Numbered from the stretch's first letter, positions 1 to 10,341 are shown. The stretch: DNA of 64,000 bases from Lentisphaeria bacterium (GCA_041690595.1 JAWLHB010000014.1:1-64000), one strand, 5' to 3'. Translations and numbers: made by a program. Notes: generated by a model from the sequence alone, not told the origin.

Positions 1-88
1 CATAGCTAAGATTACGCCTATATTTTCATATTCAAGCCGAAACTGAAAAGAAATCGTGTGATCTATTATGGCGCCTCTGATGCCATTC

Positions 89-499
89 TTAACACGCCAC
101 GTCCGACCCGTCCGACTCGTCCGACCCGGCCTCCTGCGCCTCGCCCCATCCCAAAACCTCGGTCAAAACCTCGGTGCCATCCACCGCCTGCGCAACCAAA
201 ACCTCGGCCAAAACCTCGGTCGTTTTGCCGGTACGTCCGTAATTCTGCCCGCTCACTCGTCTTGCCACAAGCTCCGCAAGATCCCTCTTCAGCTCATACC
301 GATACCCCGGCACCTGCGCACGCTTCGTCGCCACGATCTCCCGCACCAGCAACTGCACCCGGGCATCCATCACCAACTCCGGTCCCCGAATCTTCGCAAG
401 CGATTCCGCATAACCCGCCCGCACCGCCGCCTTCACCGCACAGAAGTCCTTCACATACTCCCCCGCAAACCGCCGCATTCTCTCATTAAGTCCCTTCAT
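89..499 (-). CDS. Phage terminase small subunit-like protein (N-terminal HTH), with repeat-derived C-terminus
   Basis: MKGLNERMRRFAGEYVKDFCAVKAAVRAGYAESLAKIRGPELVMDARVQ follows the TerS (Terminase_2) pattern LxxKQxRFxxEYxxDxNATxAAIRAGYSxxxA. ATG at 499 has a purine-rich upstream sequence. Confidence 0.7.
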   Translation of the reverse strand: MKGLNERMRRFAGEYVKDFCAVKAAVRAGYAESLAKIRGPELVMDARVQLLVREIVATKRAQVPGYRYELKRDLAELVARRVSGQNYGRTGKTTEVLAEVLVAQAVDGTEVLTEVLGWGEAQEAGSDESDGSDVAC

Positions 500-606
500 C
501 TCCCACCCCTCCAAGAAACTACAATCACCATCAGGCCAACGACCTATACCATAGCATGCCAAACTCCAAAGTAACGCCGGAAAAGAAAATATAGTTTAGC
601 AGGAAA

Positions 607-790
607 GTGGGGCAGACATTCCTGTCTGCCTTCATACCGCCCTCATGCCATCCCCCCGCTCGATCCTTGTGATCTCTGCGTTCTTTGTGGTGAATTCCTG
701 CCGCGTCTCCCTCTCCGGAACCCGACAAAACGTATCGAGGGGTCTGGGGAGGTGCTGCCTCCCCAGCGGGGTCCGGGGCAGCGCCCCGCC
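607..790. repeat. Composite REP-like mosaic
   Basis: Contains the GTGG+GGCAGAC-ATTCCT-GTCTGCC hairpin (607-630), an ACCACAAAGAACGCAGAG-type repeat on the reverse strand, and CTGGGGAGG..CCTCCCCAG (744-766). The modules recur at 10366-10920 and 40602-40756. Confidence 0.85.
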
Positions 791-867
791 GATCGTCCCC
801 GCCTCTCCGTGTCCCCGTGTGCCCGATCGGCATCGGGCACACGGAGCATATCGATGCTATCCCGAGA

Positions 868-3800
868 CTAGTCCCTAATGAAGTTAGTCAGCGTGCTTCT
901 GACGTGGTCCATGGCCTGGTCGAGGGTCATGGACTCCTGATTGATGGTCAGGGTCATGCCTCCGTTGATGCCGCAGGTGATGGTGCTCTGCGTGTAGGTG
1001 CCACCCTCCTCGTTCGGGCTGAAGTGGCCCCAGAGGTTGCCGCTCAGGCTCATCGGAAGAGCCTGCGGCTCGTTCGAGGGCAGCCCGATCTTCAGGGTAC
1101 GGTTGGCGCCGTACATGAAGCGGAAGCGGTAGTCTTCCGGTTGGGACAGTACCTGAAGAGTTTGGCGATTGCCAAGGAAGGTATAGGTGCTGCTGCCAAC
1201 CGTCAACGGATAGGCGAAGCTCACACCTTCACTCCAGGTTTCGATGGTGTAGTACCACTGGGTTCCCTGACGCCAGGCGAGCAGGGCCTGCATCTCACCC
1301 GTGGACAGGTCGAGGAGCAGATAACCGGGATAGCTGAAGCTCTGCACCGCATTCTCGCCGGCGTTGACACCGCTCCAGGTCAGGTTGTAGCAGGCGATAC
1401 CCTGACCTTCCAGCTCGGCTGTTCCCGCGACTTCAGTCTCGACCTGACGGTCGAACTCGGGAAGCTGGAAGCCGGCATCTTCCGCCAGCTCGACCAGCAG
1501 CACCTCGAAGGGGGTGTTGCTAGTGTTCTCCTGCTGGGTGCGCGCATAGTCGAAGCGGGCACTCATGTCGCCCATCTCGACGAGCGTCGGCTGGCCGAAG
1601 GGAGCGCCTCCGCGCCAAGGACCGGCAAAGCTGACTGCCGCCGGCCCCGTGACGCCGCCGCCAAGGGGCACCTCGCTCGGATGCATGGTCCCGAACATGT
1701 GGCCATAGGCGTAGTCGCCAATCGCCGCCGGACCGGCGAGCTCGAAATCGCTCACGTGGAGCACCCAGATGTTGCTGGCTCCGATGTCGGCCGTATACCA
1801 GCCAGGGAAGTCGATCCGATCGCCGCTACCATCCTGCCATCGGACGACCGCCGACGCCTGATGATCGCGCAGATCAAGTACCAGATAGCCGTTCCCCGCC
1901 TGAGGCACCACGCCGTCGCCGTACTGAGTGCCGCGAATAGTGAAGGTGTAGACGAGATTTTCGGATTGTTCGTCGTCGGTAATCGTCAACGTCACGGTAC
2001 CATCCATATGGTCGATGTCGCTGGCGGTGAGCGTCACCTGCACGTTACCGTCGAAGTCCTCGTCATCCGCGGCGCTGACGACAAAGGTGGCGGTGCTGGA
2101 GCCCGCCGCGATGGTGACCGTCGCCGGCACCACCGCTTCGGTCGTGTCGCTGCTGGTCAGGTCGACCACCAGCTCCGCGCCGGTGTCGGTGTTGCGGGTG
2201 ACTGTTCCCACCGTCGTCCCCCCACCTTCGCTGATGGCCGCCGCCGCTGTCGTCAGAAGCAGCCAGGGAGGGTCATTGTCTTCGATGGTGCCGACGCCGA
2301 CCGCCTCGCCGAGGCTGAGCATGGTCGGGTTCGAGAGGGTCAACGTGAAGGTTTCAAGCCCTTCGTGCAGCTCGTCCTGGATGGACTGCACGACGACCGT
2401 CGCCGTCATCTGGTTCGCGGCGAAGGTCGCCGTACCGCTGGTGCTGACGTAGTCGCTGCCGGCTGTCGCCGTGTCGTTGGCGGTGGCGTAGTCGACGCTG
2501 GCCACGAAGGGACTGGACCGGTCCAGGCTGAGCGTGAAGGTCAGGGCGCTGCCTTCCAACGCACTGACGCTGTTCACGCTGACCTGCGGCACGTCGTCGT
2601 CGGTGATGGTCACCGTCGCGCTGCCGTCGCCGATCGTCGCGATGGTCGCGCCACTCAGGTTGACGGTGAAGCTCTCATCTCCTTCCACGGTCTCATCATC
2701 GAGGATGGTCACGACCACCTGCTGCGAGGTGACGCCCGGGGCGAAGATGAGCTGCGTGTTGACCGCCGTATAGTCGGCCGGCGCCGTCGCCGTACCGTCC
2801 GCGGTGGCGACGTTCACCGTCATCACCCGATCGGCGGCGGTCAGCGTGGAAACCGTCAGCGTCACCTGGCCCCCATCCTCCGCCACCTGCGCGTCGGCGA
2901 TACCGAGCACGGCGGTGTCGTCATCAATGATCATCACCGTGGCGGTAGTGTCAGCGGTGCCGGCGTTGGTGACGTTGCTGAGGTGGATCTCGAAGCTCTC
3001 GTTGGCTTCGTCGATGGTGTCTCCGACGATGTCGATGTCAATGGTCTCACTGGTGTCGCCAGGTGCGAAGGTTACGGTTCCCGTATCTTCGATGTAGTCA
3101 ACACCCGCGGTGGCCGTGACCGACGCCGTTGCATATTCCACGGTCACCGTGCGGTCGCTCGGGAGGTCCAACGTCACTGAAACCTGCACCACGCTGACCC
3201 CAACATCGCCTTCCGCCTTCGATGCATCAGCGATGCTCAGCACAGCCGTGTCGTTGTTGCGGATGGTACCCGTGGCGGTGGCATCGCCAAGTACCCCGTT
3301 GACCGGATTGCTCAGCGTCACAGTCAGCGTCTCGTCGAGTTCGTCGACATAATCTCCGTTGATGGCTACCGCGATGGTAGCGGTCAGACTGCCGGCTGGG
3401 ATGGTCAGGACCCCATTGGCGGCCACGTAGTCCGCCGGTGCGATCGCCGTGCCATCGGTGGTGGCGTACGCCACTGTGACGGCCTCGGCCCAGGTGCGGC
3501 CGAGGGTCACCGTGAAGGTTAACGGCGTCGTCCCGGTGTCGCCTTCGTAGACGGAACTATCGGCAATGTCGATGGTCGGCACGATCAGCGCGTCGAGTTC
3601 GACCGGCGTCGTGATGCCGCCGACGGCCCCATTGGAGACGAAGTCGAGCCCCTGCGCGATGTCGTAGATGGTGTCGCTTGCCGCATCGTAGAACTTATAG
3701 GTGAGGCCGCTTTCGTTCGTCTCGTCGCTGAAGACCTGCAGAATGTAGAGCTGTCCCGCTGGGCCCGCGCTCGGTCCCGCCACGCCGCGCAGGGTGTCGC

Positions 3801-6800
3801 CCTTGAAGGCGGCCAGCAGCGAGCCGGGCGTCTGCATGGGCGTACTGCCATCCATCACCTTGGCGTAGACCTCCATCGAGTTGGCATAGCCGCTGGGGTT
3901 CTCCCAACCTGGCGCTGCCGCGATCCCCACCTCGCTCACCGCCGGTGCGCCAACCGACGTGCCCGGATAGCTCAGGGTTCCCGCTGTTGCCAGCTTCAGC
4001 AGGTAGCCCACGCCCGGCTGCATCTCAGCACCTTCAGGATACCAGATGCCATCGTAGTTGGTGACGAGGAAGCTCGGGCACTTGAGGGTATCGTCATTGG
4101 TCACTGGCAGAGAAGCAAGCGCGTCACTGATCGCCATGGCGCTTTGTGGCGTGTACCCCAACCAGTTCCAGCCAGCCACGAGCGACAGGGGCTCCAATGG
4201 CACCGGCGTACCGGTCACCACCAGCGGCTCCGGTCCGGCGCCCTGCACCTTCAGCAGGAAGCGCACCCCGGCAGCCAGCTCCTGTGCCCCATACCACTGA
4301 TCTCCGTAGAAGGTCGCGATGCCCCCGGGTCCCTTGATGGTATCTTCATTCTGCCAACGCTCGGTCCCCAGCACGACATTGGGAGACCAGGATTCCGGCA
4401 GAGTGTTGAAGCTGATCCAGTTCCAGTTCTGAACAAGAGAGATCGTCTGCGTCACCAGCCCCGCATGCAACGTCACCGGAGAACCGATGCCGCCCCAAGC
4501 CGTATCCTGAACAAAATCGAAACCTTCCATGATATCGTGGATTTGGCCCGTTGCCGCATCCCAGACCCGCAGCGTGAAGCCCGCTTCACTCCCGGCATCA
4601 CTGAAAACCTGCAGCGAATAGGTCGACACCATCGGCCCTGCCGCAATCGTGGTGACCCCGCGACAGACCCCATCCTTGAACGCCGCCAGCAGCGATCCCT
4701 CCGTCTCGATCATCACCGCATCCGGCAGCAACTGCACCCGGGCATAAACCGCCATCGAGTTCGCCATGCCAACGGGATTGGCCCAGGTCGGTGTATCGAT
4801 CGGCTCTGAAGTGTAGAGGGCGGTGACAGACAGGTTTGTGGTGATGTTGGTGAAGGGCAGGTCCCAGCCGGTGAAAGCCCAGCCGAGGTTTGCCTGCACC
4901 GTCGGGGCAACCGCCGCCCCACCATGTCCCACCTGCTGCACCAGCTCGCCGCCACCGGTCCGGCTGCCCTTGCCGTCAAGATCGAAGTTCACGGTATAGG
5001 TGGTCACTTCATATTGGGCGATGACAGTCAGATTCGAGGTGATGGCGTCGAACAAAGCATCCCAGCCGGTGAAGGTCCAGCCGGTGTTGGCTTGAACGGT
5101 CGGCGCGGTGGCCGAAGCGCCATGCACCACCTGCTGGACGAGTTCGCCGCCGCCGGTGCGGATTGCCTTGCCGTCGAGGTCGAAGGTGACGGTATGGATC
5201 GCTGGCACGGCGATGGTCACTGTGGCGGCGTTAGACTCCTCATAACCGTCGTTGGCTTTGTAAGTGAACGTTTCTTCGCCAACGTAGCCAGTAGTGGGCG
5301 TGTAGGTGAAGGAGCCGTCGGCATGAAGACTGAGGGCGCCGTGGGAGACATTGGCGACAAGGACGGCGGTGAGCGGATTGCCAGCATCCGCGGTATCGTT
5401 AGTCAGCACACCGGGGGCGGCGACGGTAAGGGTGGCGTTGCCGAGGAGACTGTAGCTATCGGCATTGGCGACGGGCGGGGGAAGGGCTGCTTCGTAGGCC
5501 CCCATGTCGACCGTGCCGTTCTTGACACGGGCGTTGCCGTCGAGGTCGTAGGGGACGGGCTCTGCGGTGTCACTATCGCCATCGAGATCGGTGGTATCGG
5601 CAGGGAGGGCGGCGTTGGATCCGGCGTTGATGGCGGGGGAGCCGGGCTGGAGGCGCAGGTTGTCGTTGGCGGGGTCGACGAAGAGGGGATCGGCGTAAAG
5701 GTTGGAGTAGCCGTCCTGAACGATGGAGTAGGTGACGATAGGCGTACTGTCTTGGTTGTCGATCTCCGTGCCGTTGCCCCAGAGGATGCAGTTGCTGATG
5801 GTGGGCGAGGAGTAGTATTGATTGTCCATGCCGCCAGCGCGCCAACGTGCTTTATTCTGTGAGAAGGTGCAGTTGGTGATGGTGGGCGAGGAGTCCCAAT
5901 TGCTCATGCCGCCGCCGTCCGCATCTGCTTGATTCTGAGAGAAGGTGCAGTTGGTGATAGTGGGCGAGGCATTGGTGTTGTCTATGCCGCCGGCATAATC
6001 TGCTTTATTCAGTGAGAAGGTGCAGTTGGTGATGGTGGGCGAGGAGTTCGAATTCCACATGCCGCCGCCCCAATTTGCTTGATTCTGTGAGAAGGTGCAG
6101 TTCGTGATGGTGGGCGAGGAGTAGGATTGAACAATGCCGCCGCCGCCCGCCTCTGCTTGATTCTGCGAGAAGGTGCAGTTGGTGATGGTGGGCGAGGCAT
6201 TGGTGTTGTACATGGCGCCGCCATGTACTGCTTGATTCTGTGAGAAGGTGCAGTTGGTGATGGTGGGCGAGACACTGGCGTTGTACATGGCGCCCCCTCT
6301 GGCTTCTTGGTTTGCATAACCATCGGCGACGCCGCCAGCGATGGTAACGCCGTCGAGGAGAGCAGTGCTGTCGAGGATATAGCCATCGGGATGGAGAAAG
6401 AGGTGATAGGTGTTGTCGGGGGTATAGTCTTCGGTGCCGATGTCGCCGGAGAGGATGGTGATGTGGGTTTCCCAGTCGCGCTCGTCGCGGGCGGTCTCGG
6501 TGCCGGCAAAGCCGCCGTAGATACCGACTCCGTTGACCATCTGGAAGGTGGCGTAGCGGTCGCCCGTGCCGCCGACCTGGACGGAGGGCTTGTAGGTGCC
6601 GGCCGCGACCCAGATCTCGTCGCCTGAAGCGGCGGCGGAGAGGGCGGATTGCAGGTCGGTGAAGGCGTGACGCCAGTCGGAGCCATCGTTGGCGCCGCTG
6701 GCGGCGACGTCGACATACCAAATGGGGCCGGTGTAGTGTACGTACTCAAATGGCCCCATGTCGACGGTGGTTTCGACTATGCGGGCGCGGTCGTCGAGGT

Positions 6801-8271
6801 CATAGGGGATGGGCTCGGTCGCATCGAGATTGCCGTCGAGGTCAGCGCTGTCAGCGGGGAGGAGGCTGTTGCTGCCGGCGTTGATGGCGGGGGAGCCGAA
6901 CTGCAGGCGCAGGTTGTCGTTGGCGGGGTCCACGAAGAGCGGATCGCTGCCGGCTGCAAAGTTGCCGCTCTGGACGATGGAGAACGAAATCTCAGGCGAT
7001 GCCCCGTACTCATCGGTGACGATATCGCTGCTATTGCCCCAGAGGATGCAGTTGGTGAAGATGTTGCTCGCCCCATGCATGCTTCCGTCGTAGACGGCGC
7101 CACCGTTAGGCGCACTGTTCAAACTGAAGGAGCAGTTGGCGAATCGCAACGTACCATCGTAGATACTCGCGAAGACGGCGCCACCCTCATTCGCGGAGTT
7201 CCGGCTGAAGGTGCAGTTGGTGAATGTCGCCCCTGCGTTTGCGCAAAAGACAGCACCTCCACTGCTAGTGGTCGCTGTGTTTTGGATGAAGGTGCAGTTG
7301 GTGATGGTCGGTGGTTCCCCGTCGATGCGGATGGCTCCCCCGGGACCACCGGATGTATTCATGCTGAAGGTGCAGCCGGTAATGGCGCCGCCGTGATGGA
7401 GAATAGCTCCGCCGTCCCAATCCGCGGTATTCTGCGTAAATGTGCAGTTGGTGGTGGTCGCTGAGCCACTGATAGCGCCGCCACTATACGCATGGTTGTT
7501 ATTGAAGGTGCAGTTGGTGATAGTGGCGGTGCCGATAATGGCGCCTCCCAGAAGGGCCATGTTCTGGCTGAAGGTGCAGTTCGTGATGGTGGTGGTGGAC
7601 GAGTCGTTGAGAACGGCACCCCCGTAGGTAGCGTGATTGAGAAAGAAGGTGCAGTTGGTGATGGTGGGCGAGGCAATGGTGTTGTACATGGCGCCCCCCC
7701 TGGCTTCATGGCCGTATTCATAACCATCGGCGACGCCGCCAGTGATGGTGACGCCGTCGAGGAGAGCCGTGCTGTCGAGGATATAACCATCGGGATGGCA
7801 GAAGAGGTGATAGGCGTTGTCGGGAGTGTAGTCTTCGGTGCCGATGTCGCCGGAGAGGATGGTGATGTGGGTTTCCCATTCTCGCTCGTCGCGGGTGGTC
7901 TCGGTGCCGGCAAAGCCGCCGTAGATACCGACTCCGTTGACCATCTGGAAAGTGGCGTATCGGGAACCGCTGCCGCCAACCTCCACGGACGGTTTGTACG
8001 TGCCGGCCGCGATCCAGATCTCGTCGCCGGAAGTGGCGGCAGAGAGGGCGGATTGCAGGTCGGAAAAGGCATTCACCCACGAGCTGCCGTCGTTCGCACC
8101 GCTGGCGGTATCGTTGACATATAGCACACCAGACACAGCGGCGGCCCCCGAGCCGGAGACCGAGAGCCTGGTGACCTCCACCTCTGGGTCAGCGGCAAGG
8201 CTGATGACAACGAAGGTGAGGAGCGACGTCAAGATAAGCAATCGACTGTGAATGAAGTAGACAACGCGCAT
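868..8271 (-). CDS. Large secreted surface protein/adhesin: signal peptide, two parallel beta-helix modules, Ig-like (Big_9) domain, two InlB B-repeat-like domains, about five Calx-beta domains, unknown tandem C-terminal domains
   Basis: 2467-aa ORF with a hydrophobic N-terminus. Motifs: GG(A/G)(I/M)..SPTITNCTFSxN repeats; DPLFVD..LRLQ.GSPAINAG..VDMG; PVANADSY..GVLTND..DGSFTYTP; TVTFDLDG..GWTFTGWD x2; V.YAT.DGTA.A..DY...G.LTF..E.FT..LS. Confidence 0.9.
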   Translation of the reverse strand: MRVVYFIHSRLLILTSLLTFVVISLAADPEVEVTRLSVSGSGAAAVSGVLYVNDTASGANDGSSWVNAFSDLQSALSAATSGDEIWIAAGTYKPSVEVGGSGSRYATFQMVNGVGIYGGFAGTETTRDEREWETHITILSGDIGTEDYTPDNAYHLFCHPDGYILDSTALLDGVTITGGVADGYEYGHEARGGAMYNTIASPTITNCTFFLNHATYGGAVLNDSSTTTITNCTFSQNMALLGGAIIGTATITNCTFNNNHAYSGGAISGSATTTNCTFTQNTADWDGGAILHHGGAITGCTFSMNTSGGPGGAIRIDGEPPTITNCTFIQNTATTSSGGAVFCANAGATFTNCTFSRNSANEGGAVFASIYDGTLRFANCSFSLNSAPNGGAVYDGSMHGASNIFTNCILWGNSSDIVTDEYGASPEISFSIVQSGNFAAGSDPLFVDPANDNLRLQFGSPAINAGSNSLLPADSADLDGNLDATEPIPYDLDDRARIVETTVDMGPFEYVHYTGPIWYVDVAASGANDGSDWRHAFTDLQSALSAAASGDEIWVAAGTYKPSVQVGGTGDRYATFQMVNGVGIYGGFAGTETARDERDWETHITILSGDIGTEDYTPDNTYHLFLHPDGYILDSTALLDGVTIAGGVADGYANQEARGGAMYNASVSPTITNCTFSQNQAVHGGAMYNTNASPTITNCTFSQNQAEAGGGGIVQSYSSPTITNCTFSQNQANWGGGMWNSNSSPTITNCTFSLNKADYAGGIDNTNASPTITNCTFSQNQADADGGGMSNWDSSPTITNCTFSQNKARWRAGGMDNQYYSSPTISNCILWGNGTEIDNQDSTPIVTYSIVQDGYSNLYADPLFVDPANDNLRLQPGSPAINAGSNAALPADTTDLDGDSDTAEPVPYDLDGNARVKNGTVDMGAYEAALPPPVANADSYSLLGNATLTVAAPGVLTNDTADAGNPLTAVLVANVSHGALSLHADGSFTYTPTTGYVGEETFTYKANDGYEESNAATVTIAVPAIHTVTFDLDGKAIRTGGGELVQQVVHGASATAPTVQANTGWTFTGWDALFDAITSNLTVIAQYEVTTYTVNFDLDGKGSRTGGGELVQQVGHGGAAVAPTVQANLGWAFTGWDLPFTNITTNLSVTALYTSEPIDTPTWANPVGMANSMAVYARVQLLPDAVMIETEGSLLAAFKDGVCRGVTTIAAGPMVSTYSLQVFSDAGSEAGFTLRVWDAATGQIHDIMEGFDFVQDTAWGGIGSPVTLHAGLVTQTISLVQNWNWISFNTLPESWSPNVVLGTERWQNEDTIKGPGGIATFYGDQWYGAQELAAGVRFLLKVQGAGPEPLVVTGTPVPLEPLSLVAGWNWLGYTPQSAMAISDALASLPVTNDDTLKCPSFLVTNYDGIWYPEGAEMQPGVGYLLKLATAGTLSYPGTSVGAPAVSEVGIAAAPGWENPSGYANSMEVYAKVMDGSTPMQTPGSLLAAFKGDTLRGVAGPSAGPAGQLYILQVFSDETNESGLTYKFYDAASDTIYDIAQGLDFVSNGAVGGITTPVELDALIVPTIDIADSSVYEGDTGTTPLTFTVTLGRTWAEAVTVAYATTDGTAIAPADYVAANGVLTIPAGSLTATIAVAINGDYVDELDETLTVTLSNPVNGVLGDATATGTIRNNDTAVLSIADASKAEGDVGVSVVQVSVTLDLPSDRTVTVEYATASVTATAGVDYIEDTGTVTFAPGDTSETIDIDIVGDTIDEANESFEIHLSNVTNAGTADTTATVMIIDDDTAVLGIADAQVAEDGGQVTLTVSTLTAADRVMTVNVATADGTATAPADYTAVNTQLIFAPGVTSQQVVVTILDDETVEGDESFTVNLSGATIATIGDGSATVTITDDDVPQVSVNSVSALEGSALTFTLSLDRSSPFVASVDYATANDTATAGSDYVSTSGTATFAANQMTATVVVQSIQDELHEGLETFTLTLSNPTMLSLGEAVGVGTIEDNDPPWLLLTTAAAAISEGGGTTVGTVTRNTDTGAELVVDLTSSDTTEAVVPATVTIAAGSSTATFVVSAADDEDFDGNVQVTLTASDIDHMDGTVTLTITDDEQSENLVYTFTIRGTQYGDGVVPQAGNGYLVLDLRDHQASAVVRWQDGSGDRIDFPGWYTADIGASNIWVLHVSDFELAGPAAIGDYAYGHMFGTMHPSEVPLGGGVTGPAAVSFAGPWRGGAPFGQPTLVEMGDMSARFDYARTQQENTSNTPFEVLLVELAEDAGFQLPEFDRQVETEVAGTAELEGQGIACYNLTWSGVNAGENAVQSFSYPGYLLLDLSTGEMQALLAWRQGTQWYYTIETWSEGVSFAYPLTVGSSTYTFLGNRQTLQVLSQPEDYRFRFMYGANRTLKIGLPSNEPQALPMSLSGNLWGHFSPNEEGGTYTQSTITCGINGGMTLTINQESMTLDQAMDHVRSTLTNFIRD
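5780..6275 (-). repeat. Coding tandem repeat (about 75-78 bp period) of beta-helix coils, module 2
   Basis: Near-invariant GAGAAGGTGCAGTTGGTGATGGTGGGCGAG recurs about 6 times, separated by variable in-frame segments. Confidence 0.9.
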
Positions 8272-8872
8272 GAGTTGATCTTTCCCCTGAGTTTTTATGC
8301 TTTACGAATCCTTCAAAGCGTCTGGCTTAACAATTGTACTACATGCTTATAAGGTATACTTCGATGCATGTGATACGCCTGCTATATGATCTACTATTCC
8401 CCATTCGACTGAACTTCGATTACGGTTCAGCGATCCGTAGCCGGACGATTACCCATATAACGCCATTACTTTTTTGCCAAGCGTATTTGTAAATTAGAAA
8501 GCGACTAAGATTGAACCGGCTGTTCCCTGGACTCTCTGCCTATAATACGTAAATCCCTGTCAAACCGACAGTTAGATCGGAAACTGCATTCAGGTCCGAC
8601 TGGAAAAATTCCTCTTATTCTCGTGCGGGCCAGATTGCGGAGGGAGAGCAATGTCGGCGGCAAAGGGACCGCTAAGCTTCCAGTTGCGGCAAACGTGCCG
8701 CCATGTGCGGCAAGAGCCACTCCCGAGGCGAAGGCTGCGCTCTTACCCCAAGACAGGCACCGGCATGAACGATTGGGCAACGGCCTGAACTGCACCGAGG
8801 GCAGGCACCGCTGACTGGAGGATCCTGCAGGCGGAGGCGTTTCGCGCGGCGGCGAGGCGGTGAAGCTGAAAC

Positions 8873-9097
8873 GGCCTGAAGGCCGGACTCCAACGCGGAG
8901 CGCAGGGGCTTGCATGTCGAGGGCAATTGCCGTCCGGAGGTCGCCTCCCACGTTGATTTTCCAGCAGGGGTCTGGGGAGATGCGATCTCGCAGCCGCCGG
9001 AGGCAGGTGCCTGGCAAGCAAGAATGCCTGCTGAGGCTTTTCTCCAGTCGGAGGACGCGGAGGAGGCCACATCGGCCTGAAGGCCGAACTCGCAACG
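8873..9097. repeat. REP-like mosaic
   Basis: CGGCCTGAAGGCCG(G/A)ACTC at about 8872 and 9073, CCGTCCGGAGGTCGCCTCCCAC, and CTGGGGAGATGCGATCTCGCAG (8972-8993). Confidence 0.85.
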
Positions 9098-9124
9098 TGA
9101 GGAGCGCGACGCAAACGAGACTCA

Positions 9125-9406
9125 CTACCAGAAGAAGTGTACGAAAGCCAGACCAACAAGCAAGCCTGAGGCAGGCTGAAGGATCAGCCAAAGCCAAGCG
9201 CTCCTGCCACTCGGGTCCAAAAGATTGAAGAGGAGAAGAATTGGCATCGCTGCCAGCAGATACATGACTGCCAGTATGCCGCCATCGAGATTGAGGGCTG
9301 CAATCAGAAGTCCACCAAGCATGCCTGAATACGGATAGACTCGGGACCTGATTTCGGCTTTATGCACGAGGAATAGCCGTCCTCTTGTACGTATCCGCTC
9401 GTTCAA
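9125..9406 (-). CDS. Small hypothetical membrane protein (about 3 TM)
   Basis: 93-aa ORF with three hydrophobic stretches; starts at TTG. Confidence 0.45.
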   Translation of the reverse strand: MNERIRTRGRLFLVHKAEIRSRVYPYSGMLGGLLIAALNLDGGILAVMYLLAAMPILLLFNLLDPSGRSAWLWLILQPASGLLVGLAFVHFFW

Positions 9407-9608
9407 TGGCCGATCTTGGGCGCGTCGCCGGATGGGGAGATGGCCGATGCTCGACTTGGTTGCGGGCTTTCATGGTGACCATGCGATACGATAGCTTTAC
9501 ATTCAACGTATGCGAGGGGAGGTCGACGGCCCGCTCGGTGGTCGCGAAAAGTCGAGTACAAGCTTCGCGCAAATCGCCTGTCCCCAAACTTCCCCAATTT
9601 ACAACCAC

Positions 9609-9860
9609 CTACCGGTCCGCACCTGCTTTCTTGGACGGGACGAGCTCGCGAAGTTGCTGGAATCGCTCGCTCTGGAAGCGCTTTTCCATAATCACAAGCT
9701 GCTCCATGGTTTGCGCTTGGGACTCAGCAAGGATGAGGCGATAAAGAGCCGCGTGCACCACCAACAAGCTGTGGATGAACAGAAATAGAGAAAGGACACA
9801 AAAGTACGTCCGAAGGAACTCGATCATTGACTTGAAATGCGAAAGGGCTCGGTGAATCAT
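9609..9860 (-). CDS. Small hypothetical protein with N-terminal TM segment
   Basis: 83 aa; its ATG overlaps the stop of the upstream ORF (ATGA). Confidence 0.5.
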   Translation of the reverse strand: MIHRALSHFKSMIEFLRTYFCVLSLFLFIHSLLVVHAALYRLILAESQAQTMEQLVIMEKRFQSERFQQLRELVPSKKAGADR

Positions 9861-10084
9861 TGAACACCCTCCGGTTCATGGTCCAGTCTGTGAAGATGAC
9901 GCTGGATTGCGAGTTGCATGTACTCAAAGCCTGCTGGTGACATCCTGCCCCAAAGCTTCGTGAGCTCATAGCTCTGCGATTGTAGACGCTCTGCTTGCTC
10001 ATTCAGGCAGTTTGAGAGGCCATGCAGTCCGACTGCTGCGATGAGAAGGACTGTGCCCACGACTGACCTGCAATCGAGTTTCAC
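9857..10084 (-). CDS. Small hypothetical protein with N-terminal TM/signal segment
   Basis: 75 aa; GGAGG RBS upstream of the GTG start; coupled to the next ORF. Confidence 0.55.
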   Translation of the reverse strand: MKLDCRSVVGTVLLIAAVGLHGLSNCLNEQAERLQSQSYELTKLWGRMSPAGFEYMQLAIQRHLHRLDHEPEGVQ

Positions 10085-10341
10085 TTGCTATCCTCCGAAG
10101 TTGTCAGTGTCTGGATCGTTCTCGCGGAGCATTATCTTCCAAAGCATCTGAGGCCATGCGAAAACGGTGGGCGCCGGGCGAATGGCGTCCACGCGCTGTT
10201 GGCTGAGTCCGCCGGTGATGCGGGGGCGGCTGAGCAGCTTAGGGGTATAGGTCTCGGTGCGCATGGCGTATGATAGCTCTTCGTCGCATCGTATACGAGC
10301 TGAAGACGATCCTGCGTGTTGCGAATATCGACTACGACTAC

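Noticed and set aside
817..3180. 787-aa plus-strand ORF
   Set aside because: Antisense shadow of the surface protein, typical of high-GC DNA.
5780..7680. CRISPR-like or DGR repeat/variable pattern
   Set aside because: The repeats are in-frame beta-helix coils of a long ORF. There is no reverse transcriptase in the window and no evident adenine-specific TR/VR pair.
8440..8580. Integron attC-like GTTRRRY/TAAC motifs
   Set aside because: No paired RYYYAAC..GTTRRRY hairpin, no repetition between the small ORFs, and no integrase.
8505..9197. 230-aa ORF
   Set aside because: Largely translated repeat modules (DRISPDPCWKINVGG).
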